Source: the human T2T-CHM13v2.0 reference genome, Homo sapiens. From it: a stretch of 64,000 nt of DNA. Within the stretch, counting starts at the first letter, position 1. Every line of letters begins with the position of its first letter. Shown piece after piece: positions 28,889 to 41,721 of the stretch. Both the position numbers and the translations under genes were made by a program. Under the pieces are notes generated by a model, which made no database searches, was not told where the DNA came from, and saw nothing but the letters and a program-made list of their open reading frames with translations. The DNA lies in the NCBI RefSeq assembly GCF_009914755.1, contig NC_060933.1; one strand, written 5' to 3'.

Positions 28889-29454
28889 TGGGAAAAAAAT
28901 AAGATTTTCTTTAAAAATTTCAGAGGAAACATGACTCAGCATTGATACCAAAATTATAGTTTGTTTTCCATTGAAAATAATCTCACAGTTAATGGGAAAT
29001 TTTAATGTGATTATTGCAGATAAACTAACACAATATATAAAATGCCTCTAAATGTAATACTATTCTAATAAATTTCACTGCAAAATTATATAATTAATAT
29101 TGCCAGTTTTCAGAATGTTTAAGGAATAACAAAAATTGTAATGAACTTGTAATAATTTCATTAAGATGATGGCTTAGAAGCTACTCATATGATAAACTTA
29201 TCATAAGATAGTTTTAGAGGATGAAAAACTAAACCCATTACAAATAAACCTAGTAGAATGGGTAAGGAATTGCTATGTAGGAAAAAGGCCAAGAAATAGG
29301 GTGTTTTGATTATCATTAAATTCACTCCTAAGTTGATAACTGTAATACTTTGTTAGAAAAGCAATGCATGGAGTTGGCTTGCTTAATTTCCTCAAGTCTA
29401 CACTCTATAACATATCATTCATGAAGTGACTTTGGTGTCTTAATGACATGCTGA

Positions 29455-29610
29455 TGCTGAGTGTGTTCTCCTGGACCAGCAGTGTTTGTATTCCCTGGGA
29501 GTTTGTTGGAAACGCAGACTCTAGAGCACCTCTCCAGACGTTTGCCTCAGTAGCTTCATTTTAACAAAAGTCCCAGGTGATTCCCACGTACAATAAAACT
29601 GAGTCACACT
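29455..29610. mobile_element. MER5A-like MITE
   Basis: ggaccagcag...cctgggagtttgttggaaacgcagactc...cattttaacaaaagtcccaggtgattc. Confidence 0.75.
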
Positions 29611-31149
29611 TGTCTTAATGTATGTCATTGAAATATGCATGATAATTACGGAAGATTAAGCCCATTTGAACAAATAATCAATTGTCATTGTCTTCCAACA
29701 AAGGAGAAGGACATACATATTTAACACAACAGCTTTCTGGATATCTTTTACTAGGATAGCAGTATTTATCTGAAAATCATTTTATATCTTCTGAAATTTA
29801 TTGTGCAACTGCCAGAAGGGGGGAAAAAAGGAATACCAAGTAGTCCACTTAAAATAACCATTGTTTTCATTTCATTCTGTCAAGAAGTGACATTTTCAAT
29901 CAAAAGTTTAAAAAATAGGAACATTTTTGGATGCTTGCTAGCATCTTTAATTTAGGTAGTATATTTCAGTCTACCCAAGCAGTATTTCCAGAGCAGGTAC
30001 TTTAGACTTGTGATATGCATAGAAAATCCTGCTCACAGGGTATACAAATGTACTGGATTATTAGGGAAACTTCAGGAGTTAAATTTCACTTTGACATCTG
30101 GGTGTTTTTGATTGACTGGTAAGGCTAAAACCTGAGTGAATAGTCCACAGTTAGATCATGGTTTTCTTCTATTGTTGTAAATGTTAGTTCCATTCAGATT
30201 TTATTCAAATCCTAGGTTGTAAGTATTCCTGCAGTTTTCTAGACAAAAACCATGTAAGACATAATAAAAACCAAAGTGTAGACTCAATAAAGAAACCTGG
30301 TGTAACCTACTCTTTTGCTTTCTTTCTTTCATTTTGCATTTTTTTAAAAAAATGAGATTCTTTGTTGGAGAAATTCCCATGTGTTTTATTTGTCTCTATT
30401 GTGAAGCGAGGAGCAATATTAGGCAGTGTGATTCTAGGATCTGTTAATGAGGGTAAATACCAATCACTCAGCCCAAATGTAAAGATATTTGGCTTTAGAA
30501 TTTTCAGAGTCAAACCAGTGGTGTTAAACCTGTTTTATTCTGATTGTTACAAAACTACTTCCATTCCCTGCTGTCATCTCAAACAACTTTCTCTGGAAAA
30601 TCCTCCTGTCAAATACTTGTTTCCCCCCTCCCCCACCCCACCCTAAGTCAATCAAACACATGAAACTTCTTAGGTTCATCCCCTACTAATGTCCAAGTCC
30701 AACCCCATCTAATTGCAGTAATGGAGATTTACTTTTGAGCTATTCTGAGGGATGGTTTTATCTACTGGGTGGCAGAGACCCTTTCATGCAGCAGCAAAAT
30801 ATAAGTATCCCAATATGCCCTTTTCATTCTCCTTTCCAGGGCCCAGAGCATGAGATCAGATCAACTCAAATCTCTGAGAAATAGTGCTTTCTACTGGTAG
30901 TTATTATTCTGCTCATTTTTAAAGTTACCTTAATTTTTTTTCTCTCCTTGTTGCGCTGACAGCCTGAGGCATCGAGAAATACAAACCCATCCCAAAACAC
31001 ATCCAGACATTTGCTTGTCATGCCTTATGTTTGTATTTTTGACCGTTTGAAAATTAATTAAGAGATGTTGATTTCAAAGTGTTTTTTCTAAGTTTCCCAA
31101 ATATTTAAACAATTTTTACACACTTTTTAAAATTTCCCCTTTCTCTGTT

Positions 31150-31610
31150 TGTAATAAGATTAATTATGTGAGGTGCACCGCTGCTTATCCCCATGAAAGA
31201 AAATCTAAAACGAGGGATTTCAGCTTCAAGAAGGCTATTTTGTCCTGTTTCCGATGTTCTAAGGGGATTAATTTACCATATCGTATAGCCCTGGAAGACT
31301 GTGATAATTGAAAACATCCATATTCATTGCATGTTCAAAGGGATCTGTCTGACTTTGTAATGTAAAAAGTGCATTTTTAACCTGAACGGGGACCTGCATC
31401 TGCTATTGCTTAATCCTATTAGTCCGACAGTTCCAAAGCTTTAGTGTATAATCATTAGCTCGTGTTAATCCTGAGACATGCCTCCAGCTTCAGCCTGCCA
31501 GAAGGAATCCCTGCAGGGAAAATGTGGAGGTGCTGATAGCACAACACCAACTAATCTTATCTTAAATGCTAGCAGCAGCCTCTATCTGTGATAGCCGGGG
31601 AATTAAAAAC
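31150..31610. promoter_or_regulatory. Candidate K50-homeodomain (OTX/CRX/PITX/GSC) enhancer
   Basis: TAATCC/GGATTA at 31265, 31411, 31466; TAATCT/AGATTA at 31157, 31552; TCF/LEF TTCAAAGG at 31334; several GATA cores; ~8 CpGs. Confidence 0.4.
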
Positions 31611-32799
31611 AAATTTTTTATGGGTATTGGATAGCAGGGTGTTCCTAACCACATCCCCCTACCCACCAGCCTCTCTCTCTCAGCTTTTTCCTTGCCCTAG
31701 TTTCCCTAGATTATTTGTTAGGGTGATGCTAGTGATGACAGAACAGGATGAATGGAAACGGGGTGGGCGAAGAAACATTTAAGATACTGTTTCAGCAGTG
31801 GAAGCTCCTTGCTAAATCACTTAGGATACTTGCCAGGTCTTCTATCATTTTTATTCCTTGATGTCAGAAAGTTGAGCCAATCCTGTCCTTTGCACTGCTG
31901 TGGATTATAAAGTAAGATGACAAAATTTATCTTACAGTCATCACCCCTCCCATGGCATGGCCTCCTGAGAGTCTAAGATCTAGGACCCCAGATACTGATA
32001 CAAGCTTGCCTAAGTAGAAAGGTAAGCTGCCATAGAGTGGTGAGGCTAGCAGGTGAGGATTTCATGGGTGGGGAAGAAAATGGCCATGGGGGATTTTGAG
32101 AGTAGGAGAAAGTGTGGGTTTGCGGATGCTGTAAGAGGTATATAGAAATGTTGTTACTGAGTAGAGTTTAAAGCTGTGTATTTTAGATATAGCTGAAATA
32201 CAGTTGGGGTAGAACACCCATCAAGGGTACTGTCACTTTGGAAGGGGAGGTTTCTACAGAATGAAAGAGAATATTTAGTCATTTATGTAACCGTTGTTAA
32301 TTTGACAATCAATATATGCTAATCAGTGGGATTCCAACAGTGAATGTGGCCCCCACCAGTGATTGTGGTCCTCACTCCCATAGAACTTAGAGTGGTGGTC
32401 TAGACACAGTTAGTAAACCAATAAACAAAGAAAAAATGGGCACAAAATAAACAATTATACACTATAATAAATTCTAAAGCGTTGTGGTCCATATCCTAAG
32501 AGCTCTTTGCCTGGATGTTGTAAATTCAGCTTGGTCATTGGTAAAATGCCTCCAAGGAGGCTTCTTGACAGTGGCATGGTCCTCCTTTTCATATAATTTA
32601 TCAAAGTTTATTCACCTCCTAAAGAGCCTGGAAATAGCCGGAGGTTACACTCTTTCTTTACCCATCTAAGTTTACTCTTTATTAATTAAAGTTTAGAGGT
32701 ATTTCTAAATTCATGCATTTTTCCAATGGCATGAATTCTGGCAACATCACGTAGACCTAGTGCAACTGGCAATCAAATAATATGATTTTACTTATGGTG

Positions 32800-33065
32800 T
32801 TTTCTGTTGTGTGGTGGTTCTCATACTATTGGTGGGATGTGAGAGAAACACCTTTTGCTTTAATATTTATATATGTCCTATTATAGATACCTTCTATTTA
32901 TGACAATGATTTGAAGTTTCTCTTTCAAATTCATTGAGGTAAAGACAGTGAGTGATTTGTCTTAAAAATATTAAGTGAGTTATGAATAGTATAGAAGTTG
33001 TAAATGTATGGCAAAAATCTTGAGTCTGGTACTTGGATTTCTTAGTATATGAACAACTACACTGC
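32800..33065. mobile_element. Ancient hAT-Charlie-type DNA transposon fragment
   Basis: aaaaatattaagtgagttatgaatagtatagaagttgtaaatgtatggcaaaaatcttga resembles MER102/Charlie termini. Confidence 0.35.
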
Positions 33066-33099
33066 AAAAATACAATTTTTCTTTTTTATAAAGTAGCGA

Positions 33100-33625
33100 T
33101 GATGCAGGACTTGTTGTTCCTTAGCTCTGGTAGGTTTGGGTTCTTGTTTCATGACCAGGAAGAAGTGGACACAAGGATGCTCAAAGAGTGAGCAAGATGG
33201 GAAGTTTTATTGAGTGATAAAACAGATGTTAGCAGGGAGGGGTATGGGGTTGTCCCTCTCCTGAAGGCAAGGCAGGAGAGTTCTCAATATGGCTGAGCCT
33301 GGGGCTTTTTATGGGCTCAGAATAGGGAGTGTGTGCTAATTGGTTTGTGAGTATGCAAAAAAGGTCAAAGTGAAGATGCCACTCAAAGGTAAGCGTGACA
33401 GTGTAGAAAACCAATTAGGAAAGGGTAAGCGTATGTAAAATAGGTAAAGGATGGAGATCAATCAGAGCAAAGTACACCAAACGAGAAGGTGCGTTCTCAA
33501 ACTGGTTGGAGGATTTAACATGTAGCTTGGCTTTCAGGCTTTAAACTGTCTTGGCTTGGAGGTGGGGTTTTGCCAGGGACCCGCTCCTATCTGCCTATGC
33601 ATTTGGCTGCCTCCCGTTGCTGTCA
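33100..33625 (-). mobile_element. ERV1 solo LTR (LTR27/LTR28/MER52 clade)
   Basis: TG...CA ends (tgatgcagg...gctgtca); polyA signal (ttttattg ~33206) and TATA-like (gggctttttatggg ~33303) on the minus strand; gggttcttgtttcatgaccaggaaga. Confidence 0.8.
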
Positions 33626-33759
33626 GTAAGGATTGGTAATTCTCCAGTCATAACTGGGAAAGAAAGAGTTATTGCACTTTCTGCAGACACATACAGCTGT
33701 CTTGGTTGAGTAGTTGATCCATCAGGTAATATGCTATTTGTTTGATTAGAGTTACCAGT

Positions 33760-34127
33760 TGCAATGAACTGAATGTTTGTGTCCCATCAAAATTCATATG
33801 TTGAAATCCTAATGCACAATTGATGGTATTAGGAAGGGGGGACTTTGGGAGCTAATTAGGTCATAAGGTTGGAGCTCTCATAAATGAGACCAGTGCCCTT
33901 ATAAAAGACATCCCACAGAGCTCCCTGGTCCTCTCTTCTTCCTGTGAGGACACAGCAAGAAGTTGGCCATCTGCAAACCGGAAAAGGGCCCTCAACAGAA
34001 CCTAACCATGCTGGCACCCTGACCTTGGACTTCCCAGTTTCCAGAACTTGAAAAATAACTTTTGTGTTGTTTTTAAACCACCCCAGTCTGAAGTGTTTTG
34101 TTATAGCAGCCAGAACTGACTAACACA
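33760..34127 (+). mobile_element. MLT1A/MLT1A0 solo LTR
   Basis: ctgaatgtttgtgtccc...aaattcatatgttgaaatcctaa...ttgttatagcagcc...gactaacaca; TSD ccagt/tcagt. Confidence 0.88.
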
Positions 34128-34689
34128 TCAGTGTTGAGCTGTGTTGCAAGTAAGCTGCCTTGACAATATCAAAGTTGGTAACAAGAAAGAAGAGATTCTT
34201 GGATGTATAAATGGAAGGACAACTGAAAAAATAAGCAGCTTCTTTTTATTTTGGTTCATTTTAATTAATTCATTCATTATTTTTAGTTTCCTTAGCAAAT
34301 ACAATTATATATTAATCACCTTTTTATTATAGTTCCCGAAGGACAAAAAAGTAGGTTTTTCTCTACCTCCTAAATACTGCCTTTCTACTCCTGATACTAT
34401 TGCTTTGAAGACAACTGCAAACTTATAGCAGAACTCAACACACAGAATATCTTAGAAGAAATCCACCATATCATTTATTTCTTTGCCTCCAAGAACATGC
34501 CAGGAAAATCCCCTGTAATTAGATTTTAGGTGTCATCCAAACAAGAATTGCCAAATTATTAATCTTGATGTTTCACTTTTCACTTCCTCATACATCCTTC
34601 CTTTGCTGCTCCGTTGAAAGGGGCTTCTTAGAGTTTCTAAAATTAAAACCCTCTAATTAGATTTACTCAGATGATCAGTGTGCCACTCA

Positions 34690-34800
34690 ATGAGTTAATA
34701 CTTATTCAACATGATCCCTGCCATGTGCCTTGCTAGAAACTGAGCATATAAAAATGTGAGACAGAGGCTCTGCCCTCCACGAACTTACTCTTTAATAGAG
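34690..34800 (-). mobile_element. L2 fragment
   Basis: cctgccatgtgccttgctagaaactgag...ctctgccctccacgaacttactc. Confidence 0.45.
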
Positions 34801-34912
34801 GAGAGGTAGTATCTACACATCTACTTTTTATAAAGGGTAGACAGTGTAAAAATGGGGATTTTGCAGAACTGAATATTGTTGCTAGCTGGAGAGACAAGGA
34901 AGTGTTCCATTT

Positions 34913-35087
34913 CAGTGGTTGCCAGCCCTGATTGCAGATTAGAATCATGCGGGAGCACTGAAAAACTATCAGTGTTTGGGTCTCACTCTCAGAGATTCTG
35001 ACTCAAGTAGTTTAGCTGGGGCTCCATTATCACCATGTTTTAAAAGCTCCCTGTGATTTTAATGTACATCGAGGGATGAAAACCAGT
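34913..35087. mobile_element. MER5B-like MITE
   Basis: cagtggttgccagccctgattgcagattagaatca...cagagattctgactcaa...aaaagctccctgtgattttaatgtaca. Confidence 0.75.
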
Positions 35088-36349
35088 CTTCTAAATATTT
35101 ATCAATAAGAACTGGATGGTTTTGAGAATTTTTAAGTGTAATATTCATGTTTTCAATTAAAAAGAAAATGTCTTGATGGAATATCCTACATAGATTTTGT
35201 GTATTGTCAGTGTTGATATGGATCAATTTATTTAAAATATTTCATCAAACAAATGTTTTCCTTTGTGAGAGTGTTTCACTGTATATTTTAACAAATTATA
35301 GTAATACAAGACTTGGTTCCTATAAGGCACTGCATGCAACAATAACATTCATTAGCACATTGAAACAGAAGGTAAAAAAATATTGCTTATTTATAATGGA
35401 TACAGATTTTGTCTACTTTTGAATGTGAATTGGTAAAGAGGCAAAGTTTTAATATTGCTTCAATACTCTAAAAATTGATCAATATCATTTGCATTCTTTT
35501 CAACTCTAATTTTTCTTTTGTATGGAATCCTCTGCTCTTAACACATATCTTAGGCCTAATTTTCATAATGGAAAAGCAACCATAAAGAGTTTTTGAAGAG
35601 GAACTGTCCTAAAACTTTTGCATTATAATGGTAGAATATTTCAAAAACCATCCTTAAGCTATGAAATTGGCTTGCTTGCTTTCTGTTGGCCTGATGACTT
35701 CTATGAAGAGAAATTTGGATGCTGGGAACAAGTATTGCCAAATGGAGATGCGATGAAAAGGAGCTCTTATTTTCTCCTAAGGGCACCTCATTAAGCAGAT
35801 AGCTTCCTGAGAATTCAGCCTTTAGCATTCTGGAGAAACTAATGTAATGCTCTTTTTAAAATTGTCTAGTTTATTCTTTGTTATGGATTTTCTTCAACTG
35901 TGCAAAACCTGGCTCAATTAAAGACTCTTCTAATTCCAATCCTTTAGTGGAATTAGAAGGGCACTCAAGAAGCTACCAAATTTAGGCATGACTGTGCATA
36001 AGGCATACAATGCAAGTCTATTCTATTTTTTGAATCATAGGAAATAATCTATGATTAATAAAGGAATAAATGAATGAACAAATAGATGTGAAAAGCACCA
36101 GGACCACTATATAGTCACCTTTCCCACAAGTATTTCATTACTTATCCTATTCTCTGTGAAAATAAACAATATCTTCTCAATAGCTCCTCTATGGCTCCCA
36201 TCTACGGCATAAACAAAGGGAAGAACTTGCTCCTCTTAATGAGAAAAGGCAGAAAAGCTCTGCTATGTGGTATCCTAGGGAGTCAATCTAAGTCAAATAT
36301 TGGGAAGAGTCATATATATGGCATTTGCGGCAAAGAGAGTATTGCTCAC

Positions 36350-36712
36350 CAAGTTCTATATTAATTGCCCCATATTTCCCAGTGTGTTCGCAATAAGAAA
36401 AGGGTCATGGAACTAGTCTTGGTCAGGAAAATGTGAATACATGTGCATCAGTTGCACAGTGAAGTAGTGAAAAGCCCATGAACAATTTTGTCTCTTTCTC
36501 TTCCCCTAACATGGCGACTGAGAAAGCTACTTGTTACGGATAGCCAGCCACAAGAAGGTAGGGCCTCTGTGTGTCAGGGAGACTGGAGCTGAGCCTTTCC
36601 CTCTGCTCTTCACCAGCTAACATGGGTCATATAGTGTGCCTGAGAAGTAGTAAACCATTGAGGATTTTGTCTTGTTGCTTCTGCAGCAGAGGTTAGTTAT
36701 CTTGACAAATAC
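36350..36712 (+). mobile_element. MaLR LTR (MLT1J-like)
   Basis: catatttcccag...ggtcatggaactagt...taaaccattgaggatttt...gcagcagaggttagttatcttgacaaataca. Confidence 0.55.
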
Positions 36713-37344
36713 AATTAACTAACACTGTGATCAACTATTAATACAGTATAATCTTCACGGATCTTGGCTCTTCTCTGCATTCAATGATTCTAATTCTGCA
36801 TATCGTTTTTACTTTTTGGAAGTCGCATAAAATAACAACAACAACAAACTATTGGTAGCTATTCAATCAGTCCCTCTTGAGCCAAGCCTCAGTTTGTTGG
36901 GGGAACAACTACAAGAAGCATGGGGAGGAGGCCCATCTGCTCTGTACCCAAGGGAGGCATGTTGCCAATGCCCTCCCTGGGCTTGAAGGAAATAATTGGA
37001 CTCATTAAATTGCTTTTCACTCTTCTTTTCTTTAGTATAAATAACCCTTAGGTTAATTAGACATGGTTTCTAGCCTCGGGAAATTTTTCTGTGTGTGGTT
37101 AGTAATGGAGAGAATAGTCATAAACTCAATAATTAAATTTTCAGTTTTGCAAATGCAAGAGAATGGCAAGGTACCTGTAAGATGTTTTTAAAAATCAATA
37201 GTCCTTGTGAAACTAATATCTTATATCAATAATTCTGCAACTATTAGGTCATAATTGAGATGGTTCTGTTAGGATAACAAAACAGTTAATCTCAGTGCGT
37301 GCCTGGCCAAGTGTGCCATTCATTAACAGACAGAATCACGTAGC

Positions 37345-37480
37345 GCACTTGCTGCCCAGCCCTGGCTACACATATATCTGGCTTTGTTTTTAAAATGGTG
37401 TTGCCTGGGCCTAATCCCAGAGCAATGGAATAAGTATCTCTGAGTCATTCTAATATCCAACTGGGGTTGAGGACCACTGG
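37345..37480. mobile_element. MER5-type MITE remnant
   Basis: gctgcccagccctggctacaca...tgcctgggcctaatcccagag...attctaatatccaactggggttgaggaccactg. Confidence 0.55.
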
Positions 37481-37720
37481 TGAAGTGAACAAGAACGGTA
37501 ATCTGGAGTCAGAATTTGAGTTTTGATACTGTATCTTTTAATTAATCATGTAACCTCAGACAAAGCATGTAGTCTCTCTGGACTTCAGTTTTTTTTACCC
37601 ATGCAATAAGTATAGTAACATTCTTCCTGTCTAGTTTCTAGTACAATTTTGATACAGGAAAAATGTATGTATGGAAGTGCTTTCTAAATTTTGAAGAGTG
37701 AAAGTATACTATTTTCCTTA
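37481..37720 (+). mobile_element. MIR
   Basis: tctggagtcagaatttgagtttt...tgtaacctcagacaaag...ctctctggacttcagttttt. Confidence 0.65.
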
Positions 37721-38149
37721 TTACCATGGACTCATAGTCATGATTCATTTCCATTTCTAATCATCTCATTAAAGTAGTATGAAATAAGTGAATTAGTAAA
37801 TTACCCACCTGAGTATCTGTGCCCGAGAGAACAAAAAATCCAAATTGAGTGATTTTGCTGGCAGACTTCTCCCTTCCACTCTGATGGCCTGTGTTTGTAC
37901 AAAGAAGAAGCATTACAACTTTTTGATAAATTACCATTTTTGGCTCCATTCAGGGCATAGTGAAGATAGTGATATTGTCAGAATTGCTGCTACCTTTGTG
38001 AGCTGACTCTTTCCCACTTTTCTCTGGGTATTTACTACTTTAAGGATAGTACACCTAAACCCAGACCCTGTAAAGGGCAGAGGCAGGATAAGAGTGTAAC
38101 ACAGGGGACTGCTTTACACTTTGCATTCATATGGGCCTACATTGGATTC

Positions 38150-38458
38150 TTTTTTTTTTTTTTTTATGTAAGAGATGGAGTCTTACTCTGTTGTGCAGGC
38201 TGGAGTGTAGTGGCACAATCATAGTTGACTGTAGACTTCAACTCCTGAGCTCAAGCAATCTTCCCACCTCAGCCTCCTGAGTAGCTGGAACTACAGGTGT
38301 GTTCCACTATGCCCAGCTAATTTATTTATTTATTTATTTTTAGAGACAGAATCTGGCTATGTTGCCAGGGCTGGTCTCCAACTTCTCACTTCAAGCAATC
38401 CTCCTGCCTTAGCCTCCCATAGTGCTGAGATTATAAGCATGAGCCACCATTTCTGGTC
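38150..38458 (-). mobile_element. AluJ
   Basis: J-type dimer; TSD tacattggattctt (38138-51) / tagatttgattctt (38459-72). Confidence 0.9.
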
Positions 38459-38829
38459 TAGATTTGATTCTTAACTTTATTATTGGCTAGTTGTGTAAAC
38501 CTGGGTAAGTTATGTAACCTTCTGGAGCTTATTAAATTTTTATTAAGCCATTATTATTGCCAGACAATTTGCTTAGAGCAGAGAAGATCTTTTTTTTTTA
38601 AGCCCCTCCTCAAAGAGCTCACAGTCCAGAAGGGAAGACCAACAACAAAGGTACCATCACGTTTACCTTCAGTGATGTTTTGTAATTAAACCAGCCCAGT
38701 GCCTGGCAGAGAAGCAGTTCAGTACATGGTAATGAATATTGTTGTTATCCATTGTCTTGGGCATGCTGGAGGCACAAGCCATGGGACATGAACTGAAGCC
38801 CTCAGCTTAAGCAGATCTGGCAGTGACAA

Positions 38830-38940
38830 ATCTCAGCTTATCTAAACTTTCCTGCCCCTGGCCAAGCTCTGGGCTGAAGGAAAGCAGGAACTTCCTCTGA
38901 GTATAAAAAGGCCTTGCAGGGCCTGCCCTTGACCTCAGCC
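38830..38940 (+). promoter_or_regulatory. Candidate TATA-box core promoter
   Basis: TATAAAAAG at 38902-38910 in non-repeat, GC-richer context; adjacent CAGGAACTTCCT (ETS-like, both strands); CTTATCT (GATA) at 38837. Confidence 0.35.
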
Positions 38941-38995
38941 ATCCCTGCTGTTGGACTCGTTCTAAAGCCAATCTATGGCTTTGGGTTTTCTCCAG

Positions 38996-39197
38996 GACTG
39001 ACAGGGCATGATTCCAGATCACGATTTCAGAATGCATCCTGGCCAGCAGGGAGCTGCCCGAGTTATCCTCAGGAACACCTTGGCCTCCTGAGAATCTGCC
39101 CAACCAAAATTCCTGGGAGCAGGGCCAGACTCACTCAGGCGATTTCTGGTCTTGCCGGGGAATCAGTTTTGAGCCAGAACCTATTCCAAGTTGGGAG
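38996..39197 (+). other. Candidate (probably non-coding) exon
   Basis: Acceptor gggttttctccag|G (AG 38994-95); donor GAG|GTGAGT after 39197; could instead be a first exon starting ~38932. Confidence 0.35.
39040..39058 (+). promoter_or_regulatory. CTCF-like motif
   Basis: TGGCCAGCAGGGAGCTGCC versus consensus TGGCCASYAGRKGGCRSYM (two mismatches in the core). Confidence 0.35.
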
Positions 39198-39839
39198 GTG
39201 AGTAGAACTTTGCCCAAATATCAACCAGCTCTCCCAGCCATGGCTGTCTTTTGTAGGTTCATTATATCAAAATTAATGGAACGTATTTTTGAATCACAGA
39301 GATTTATCTATGTGGTAAGAAAATTTTAATATCTGACCATTCACTTTAAAGAACATAACCGTTGTTACCTTTTGACATTAATTAATGGTATTCTACCATG
39401 TTATCAGGAGACTCTGCCAAGCTAGAGCTTGAATCTGCTCATCTCCTGAAACCTACAAGTGTTTGTAGTTTAAACAAAAGCAAAATCAAAATAAAAAAAT
39501 TCTCTCCAGTAAAAGAAATACTGAAAAATTGAGTCACAACTTAAAAGCATTTTTATGTTTTCTTTTTCTGTTTTCAAGCCTGACCTCAAACATGCCCATT
39601 TACTCATCTAAAGATAATCAGCTACGTCACTATCAGCTCAAAATTGATGCTTTGAAAGATCATTTTTCATTATAGCTAATTAAAAATGCATCAAGGGTCA
39701 GCATGCTATTGTAGGTTCTGAGCAGTTTAAAAGGGAAGGGCTGGCTAATGGAATCACCTGCCATGACATAGCACCTATTTACTTGTTTCTCATAGAGATA
39801 TTTTCTGAAAAATACACCAACCTGGGCTATTTAAGGTTG

Positions 39840-40347
39840 TGACATATAACGGAGGTTCTGTGCCAGACCAAACTTCATTCAGCCTCCTAAACTTTCTCCT
39901 AGGCCCATTAGTTCACTTCCTCATAACATGAAATCTTAGCAAAGAACCCTGCTAGGTTAGTTTAGCAAATACACTCCCTGCCAATAGCTGATCATCCTTG
40001 ATCTCTGATTATCCTTGATATCTGATCAGGTTTCTCATCATCCACCATCCCCCAAGTGATGTCTGAGCACCCTGGCCTGTCTTCAGCAAGAATGTCATTA
40101 AGTAGCTTCAGCCAGGATTCCCCCTTATCCTTGAGGATTCTCTTAGCAATTTTCCATCCACTGATGCCATGCTGCTCCTTGGATGTCAATTCCCATTTGC
40201 GTATGCTGTATTTGAAGTAGAGCCCAGTCTCTCTCTCCCACTGCAAAATGTCACTGTAGAGGTCTCTACACCTATGCTAATCGTCTAAATAAAGTCTGCC
40301 TTACCATACTTTAACAAGCATCATTGAATAGTTTTTTCTTTAAGACA
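39840..40347 (+). mobile_element. MER31-like ERV1 solo LTR
   Basis: gaccaaactt...cttgatatctgatcagg...tccaccatcccccaagtgatgtctga...ttttccatccactga...aataaagtctgccttacc. Confidence 0.82.
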
Positions 40348-41721
40348 TACATGGGGTGAAATCATCTCAATAGCCTGCTTCTACATCGGAAAAGCTGTTA
40401 AAGTGTTCGAATCAAAATAGTGGCATTTGGTTGAAGATGTTTTCCTTCTTTCTCTGCTCATTTTTCATCTTCCCAGAGGGTCCTCCTTCTCTCCATCCCC
40501 CACCTCCCCTCCTCTGCTATTCTTTACCCCTCTCACTTGTCTCCACTCACGACAAGAAGGAATGCCTCCACAGGGCCAATACATCAAGCCTGACACCAGC
40601 AGAGTCTCATTCCCTCTGACAGACGTCAATTTAAAAGGCAAGAGAAGATTTCAAGGCAGGGGTGAGGGAAGTGAATGAAATTAGTCATCATTACCCTGAA
40701 GCAACATGGGCTCATCAGGCTTCTCATGACTATGCCCCGAGGATCACCCCCATCACTCTAAGTAGTCATGACACTGCCAATGTATGGGTTAAAATGATGA
40801 GCAGGAGAGACAGGCCGATCCCAAAGTAAATAGACTGAATTAGAGGCATTACAACAGTTAATATGTCAGGTCCCTGTAGGGAGGCCATAGATCCTGTGTG
40901 GTCTATTTCCCCTGCATATTAAAATTGATTGTGCCTTGGGCAATGGCAGGACTGATGGGGCAGGGGAGCTGACGATTCATCCTTCCCCTCACATGGATCA
41001 AAGAAAGCAGACAGTGTTATGTGAAATTATTTGCTCTGAAATTGCTGGGAATAGAATTTAATAGTGAAAGAAACCATGAGTGTTAGCCAGTGTCTCCCCA
41101 GGCCACACCATCCAAGGAGTATAAATAAGGTCATGCTCTCACCAAAATCATATTTCTCTGGCAAAACTGCAGGAACTATACCCTCCTTTTTCCCCCACCT
41201 GGCCAACTGTTTCTCGAAACCTCAAGGGATGCCTCCTGTATTTTTGAACATAGTCCTCTTGGCCCCCACATCTGAGGTTCTCCTCCTCCCCTTCTGCTCA
41301 CTGTGGTGGTATCTGTCAGGCGAGGCTACCAACTCCTGAGCTAGTCCCTGATGCCAAACACTAAGGACATTGGTGCCACAGTGATGTTGGCACTGACCCT
41401 GGCACCTATAATGCCACAGCGTCTCAAGTTAGTGCTCACAGGCCCAGCACCAACACTGTTAATCCAGTTGGTTCCTTCTTAAAGCAAATTCAATGCCACG
41501 ATAACTTCAATGAAACTGATCTTTGTGTTTCTATTTCCTCATCACTGCCACCCACCTCTTCCAAGCTGTGGTCAAGAATGCTCAGTGACTGTTTCAGATG
41601 CTGGTCTGGGTAATTGTTAATGCCCTGGTTCAGGGTCTCCTGAGACAGACTCAGAAGGAGATTTGTATGCAGGATATGTACTGAGAGTACATTCAAGACC
41701 AACAATTGAAAACAACAACGA

